Source: Eukaryota sp. TZLM1-RC
Lineage: Eukaryota; Protista; Metamonada: BaSk clade
Assembly: GCA_040285825.1 (NCBI GenBank)
Contig: JAUPSS010000008.1
Coordinates: 62,001-126,000 of the forward strand
Reading direction: 5' to 3'
DNA: 64,000 bases
The notes under the pieces are model-generated. The model saw only the letters and a program-made list of their open reading frames with translations. It did no database searches and was not told the origin of the DNA. Position numbers and translations under genes: made by a program. Below are positions 61,074-64,000 of the stretch, piece by piece; the stretch's first letter is position 1, and each line of letters starts with the position of its first letter.

Positions 61074-61742
61074 ATGGATCTTCTTGAATCTTACACTGAT
61101 ATTTGTCAACGCCTCCAACAAGCAGCAATGGATCGTCAAACAAGGCCTACTCTTGTTGCAGTATCAAAAACTAAATCTCAATCTCTTATTCAGAAGCTTT
61201 ATGATTTCGGGCATAGAGATTTTGGTGAAAATTATGCGCAAGAACTGTGTGAGAAAGCGAGTGCTTTACCAAATGATATCACCTGGCATTTCATAGGCCC
61301 ATGTCAATCCAACAAAGTCAAAAGTGTAGCACAAATTTCTCATTTAGTAGTCCATACCATAGATAGAGTCAAAATTGCCTCAAAATTCTCAGAAGAAGCA
61401 TCACGTTTGGGGAAGGTGATACCTGTTTTTGTCCAGGTTAATATAAGTTCTGAAGCTTCTAAATCAGGGGTACTGCCTGGGGAGGAAGCTTTGGAACTTT
61501 GTAGGTTTGTGTTGGAACACTGTACTTACTTAAAACTCAATGGACTTATGACGATAGGTAAAATTGGTGATGTTTCAGCCTTCGAAGCTCTCCGCAATTT
61601 AGCAGATACTATTGCTTTAAAACTTGGACATGACATGCAATGTAGCATGGGAATGAGTGGAGACTTTGAAGATGCCGTCAGATTTGGTTCTGATGTCGTC
61701 AGAATAGGCAGTTCGATTTTTGGAAAACGTGCGTATTTTTGA
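61074..61742 (+). CDS. PLPBP: PLP homeostasis protein (YggS/PROSC family)
   Basis: LVAVSKTK, FGENYAQEL, WHFIG, SMGMSGDF, VRIGSSIFG. Confidence 0.95.
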   Translation: MDLLESYTDICQRLQQAAMDRQTRPTLVAVSKTKSQSLIQKLYDFGHRDFGENYAQELCEKASALPNDITWHFIGPCQSNKVKSVAQISHLVVHTIDRVKIASKFSEEASRLGKVIPVFVQVNISSEASKSGVLPGEEALELCRFVLEHCTYLKLNGLMTIGKIGDVSAFEALRNLADTIALKLGHDMQCSMGMSGDFEDAVRFGSDVVRIGSSIFGKRAYF

Positions 61743-61812
61743 TTTAAATATAATAGTGATCCATCACCGTGTTTTTTTACATTAAATAAAAGTTATTTAA
61801 TTAAGGACTTTT

Positions 61813-62539
61813 CAAATATCCCCGTTAATCAATTATTATCAAAAGAAAAATGTATTTGTTCGAAATCACCTCAACTCACTTTGCACCATGCTCTAAATTG
61901 CTCTAAATTGATAACTTATCGTTCTTCATTACATGATGCTGTTAGAGACACTGTTGTTAATATGGCACAAACTGCAAGAATTTCGTGTATCAAAGAGCCC
62001 CTGCTGAAGGAAACACTTTCTCTGAATAATTTTGTTTCTGATGATAGAGGTGATGTATACTGTGATTGGATTGATAATTCTGAAGCTATTGTTGACTTTG
62101 TCTCATGTAATGTTGCAAATGATACTTTAGTTCACAGAAGAAAACTTAATCCTGTCACTGCTCTTGATTTTAAAGCAAAAAAGAAACATAGAAAATATGA
62201 TAAAGATATTGAAGAGGCTAATGTCGATAGAAATACACAGCTGGTTTTTATTGCTTTCCCATTTTCGATAAATGGAAGATTATCAGTTGAAGCAGAAACT
62301 TTTTTGGATGACTTCCAAAAAATGGTGCAAGAAAAAACAATGAAAAGATTTGATAATTTTTTATGGCGTTCACGGATTCAATTTGCCATTATTAATAGAT
62401 TACCACGGTTTTTCAATCGAATAAGAGAAGCTTTAGCTAGACAGCAAATAGATCAAGATTTTGTAGAGGAAATCTTGGTTCAATGATAATCGTCCCATTA
62501 GTTATGAGTTAATTAAATTAAGTGTGCAAATTCAATAAA
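61813..62539 (+). mobile_element. Family A non-LTR 3' fragment
   Basis: ORF 61881..62486 plus the family 3' UTR. Confidence 0.92.
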
Positions 62540-62624
62540 TAATTTGGTCCAAAAAAATTAAGGACCCAAACTTTATTCAACGAATTCTATCAAAGAAATT
62601 TTGCCCTCCATACCTTGATTTTTG

Positions 62625-62720
62625 GCCAGTATTTAAGCTGTTTTGATTGGTGTTTAAAATGCTGTTTTGATTGGTGTTTTGATTGGTGTTTAAAACGCTG
62701 TTTTGATTGGTGTTTTGATT
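62625..62720. repeat. Minisatellite built from TTTTGATTGGTG units
   Basis: About five copies of TTTTGATTGGTG with 12-bp spacers; encodes NTNQ on the minus strand. Confidence 0.85.
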
Positions 62721-64000
62721 AGAGCCCCAGATTCTACTTTTACTAAGCAAGTCCTCTACATCACAACTACACGTCTCCCCACACACAACTTTTTTGTTTT
62801 CAAATACAATCCTTTTTTCATCAATTTTAAATGATTTAGACGGAGGAAATTCCCAAATCACAGTTCCAATACATATTCTTTATTTTATGTAAAGAAATGA
62901 GCCTCGAAGCAGTTGTAGCACAACTTTTGTTGGCTTCTAATCACCATATTGAACCTCAACAATGGACAACATATTCATCATCCACCAGGAGTTACTGAAA
63001 CCTTATCTGGTATAAATCACTCAAAAATTCTTAAATACATTTTAAAATAGGCATAATTTAAAAGTTTCCATTTTGTTCATAGCAAAATCAACTTGAAAAA
63101 CACTTGCTGATAAAGTATATAATTATAGTAAAAATTCAATGATACTGAATACTTAACACAAAAATTGAGAATTAAGGTGACAAAATTGTTCGAACCAAGG
63201 TATACACTACATAAGAAGTTTGTTGATCTTCTTTGTGCCTCCTGTTTGACTTGCTTGAAAACAATGGCAATTTATCGCGGAGAAAAGAAATCGGGAACAT
63301 TATACATTATACAATACTTCAGCATCACTTAGATTTTGTTTTCAAACTATTTCCTTGAAGCCATACAAAAAATTTCTCTTTTTTACCAATAGCCCTGAAA
63401 TTTTAAACAATTGTGAAACCTTAAAGCAGACACAGAATGAAACAAATTGCCTATTTCTATTAAATCTTTATAATGCTGCTGAGAAACAAATCTGTTTGAT
63501 TGTAACACAAGATCAACAAAGTTGAAGAAGCTCTTATTAAAGAAAACAACTGAAATTGTTGACCCCAGAAATTTATGTTGCAAGTACAAAGTTCCAAATA
63601 CCTTACCCAAATTTTCAAAAAAATAGTTTCAGCCCTTGGATCAAACCTTCCATAGAACATGGTGTGAAACTGAAAAATTGTATCTAGTATTATTCAAGCC
63701 AGAATTTGACTCTTAAACCTCTGAATTTTAGTTTTTTTCACGGGTTTAGTATCAAATTTCGGTAATAAAAGTAGAAGATTTGCTATAGAGGTCAACAATA
63801 GGGGACTTTGATATCATTTTTTTGGCCATCAGTCCAAGGCCCAATGAGGTCACCCTCATTATAATGATGAGGTTTCTTGTTATAATAATACTCTCAGCAA
63901 CGGGAAAGTGCGTGTTTCATTTTGGCATAAAATCCATTGTTTTCAACAGTTTGTAACAACAATCACGAAGACCATTGTGAAAAACTGACTCTTAGTTTAT

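Noticed and set aside
62625-62720. CRISPR-like array
   Set aside because: The units are short tandem repeats without unique spacers, there are no cas genes, and the context is eukaryotic.
62880-64000. Protein-coding gene at the right edge
   Set aside because: Only short broken frames with no recognisable motif; probably a decayed repeat.
1-64000. Naming the host organism
   Set aside because: Tiny introns and divergent genes suggest a protist, but there is no diagnostic marker in the window.

Overview
AT-rich eukaryotic (protist-like) DNA, roughly three quarters mobile-element debris. It holds seven host protein genes (12-TM adenylyl cyclase, PIG-A/GPI3, lipase, CHD remodeller, a 294-aa unknown, cathepsin C, PLP-binding YggS/PLPBP) and one tRNA-Thr(AGT). 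Introns are only 28-31 nt and the genetic code looks standard. Mobile content: many copies of restriction-like-endonuclease (CRE-like) non-LTR retrotransposons in about five families, a complete 6.9-kb Ty3/Gypsy element with identical LTRs, a 1.1-kb gag-only LTR element, solo LTRs, and MULE and hAT remnants. Two layers are hidden by frameshifts and stops and are poorly shown by the ORF track. First, a scrambled endogenous giant-virus relic (RPB1-like RNA polymerase plus a D6/D11-type helicase resembling asfarvirus D1133L). Second, four clear and one probable remnant of Fanzor1 (eukaryotic TnpB-like RNA-guided nuclease) from at least three families. Three Fanzor right ends lie about 35-85 bp upstream of host start codons on the same strand. 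Two different LTR families have a 12-bp palindrome where the primer-binding site should be. All family calls come from reading motifs by eye; no searches were run. Many single-base homopolymer indels may be assembly errors.
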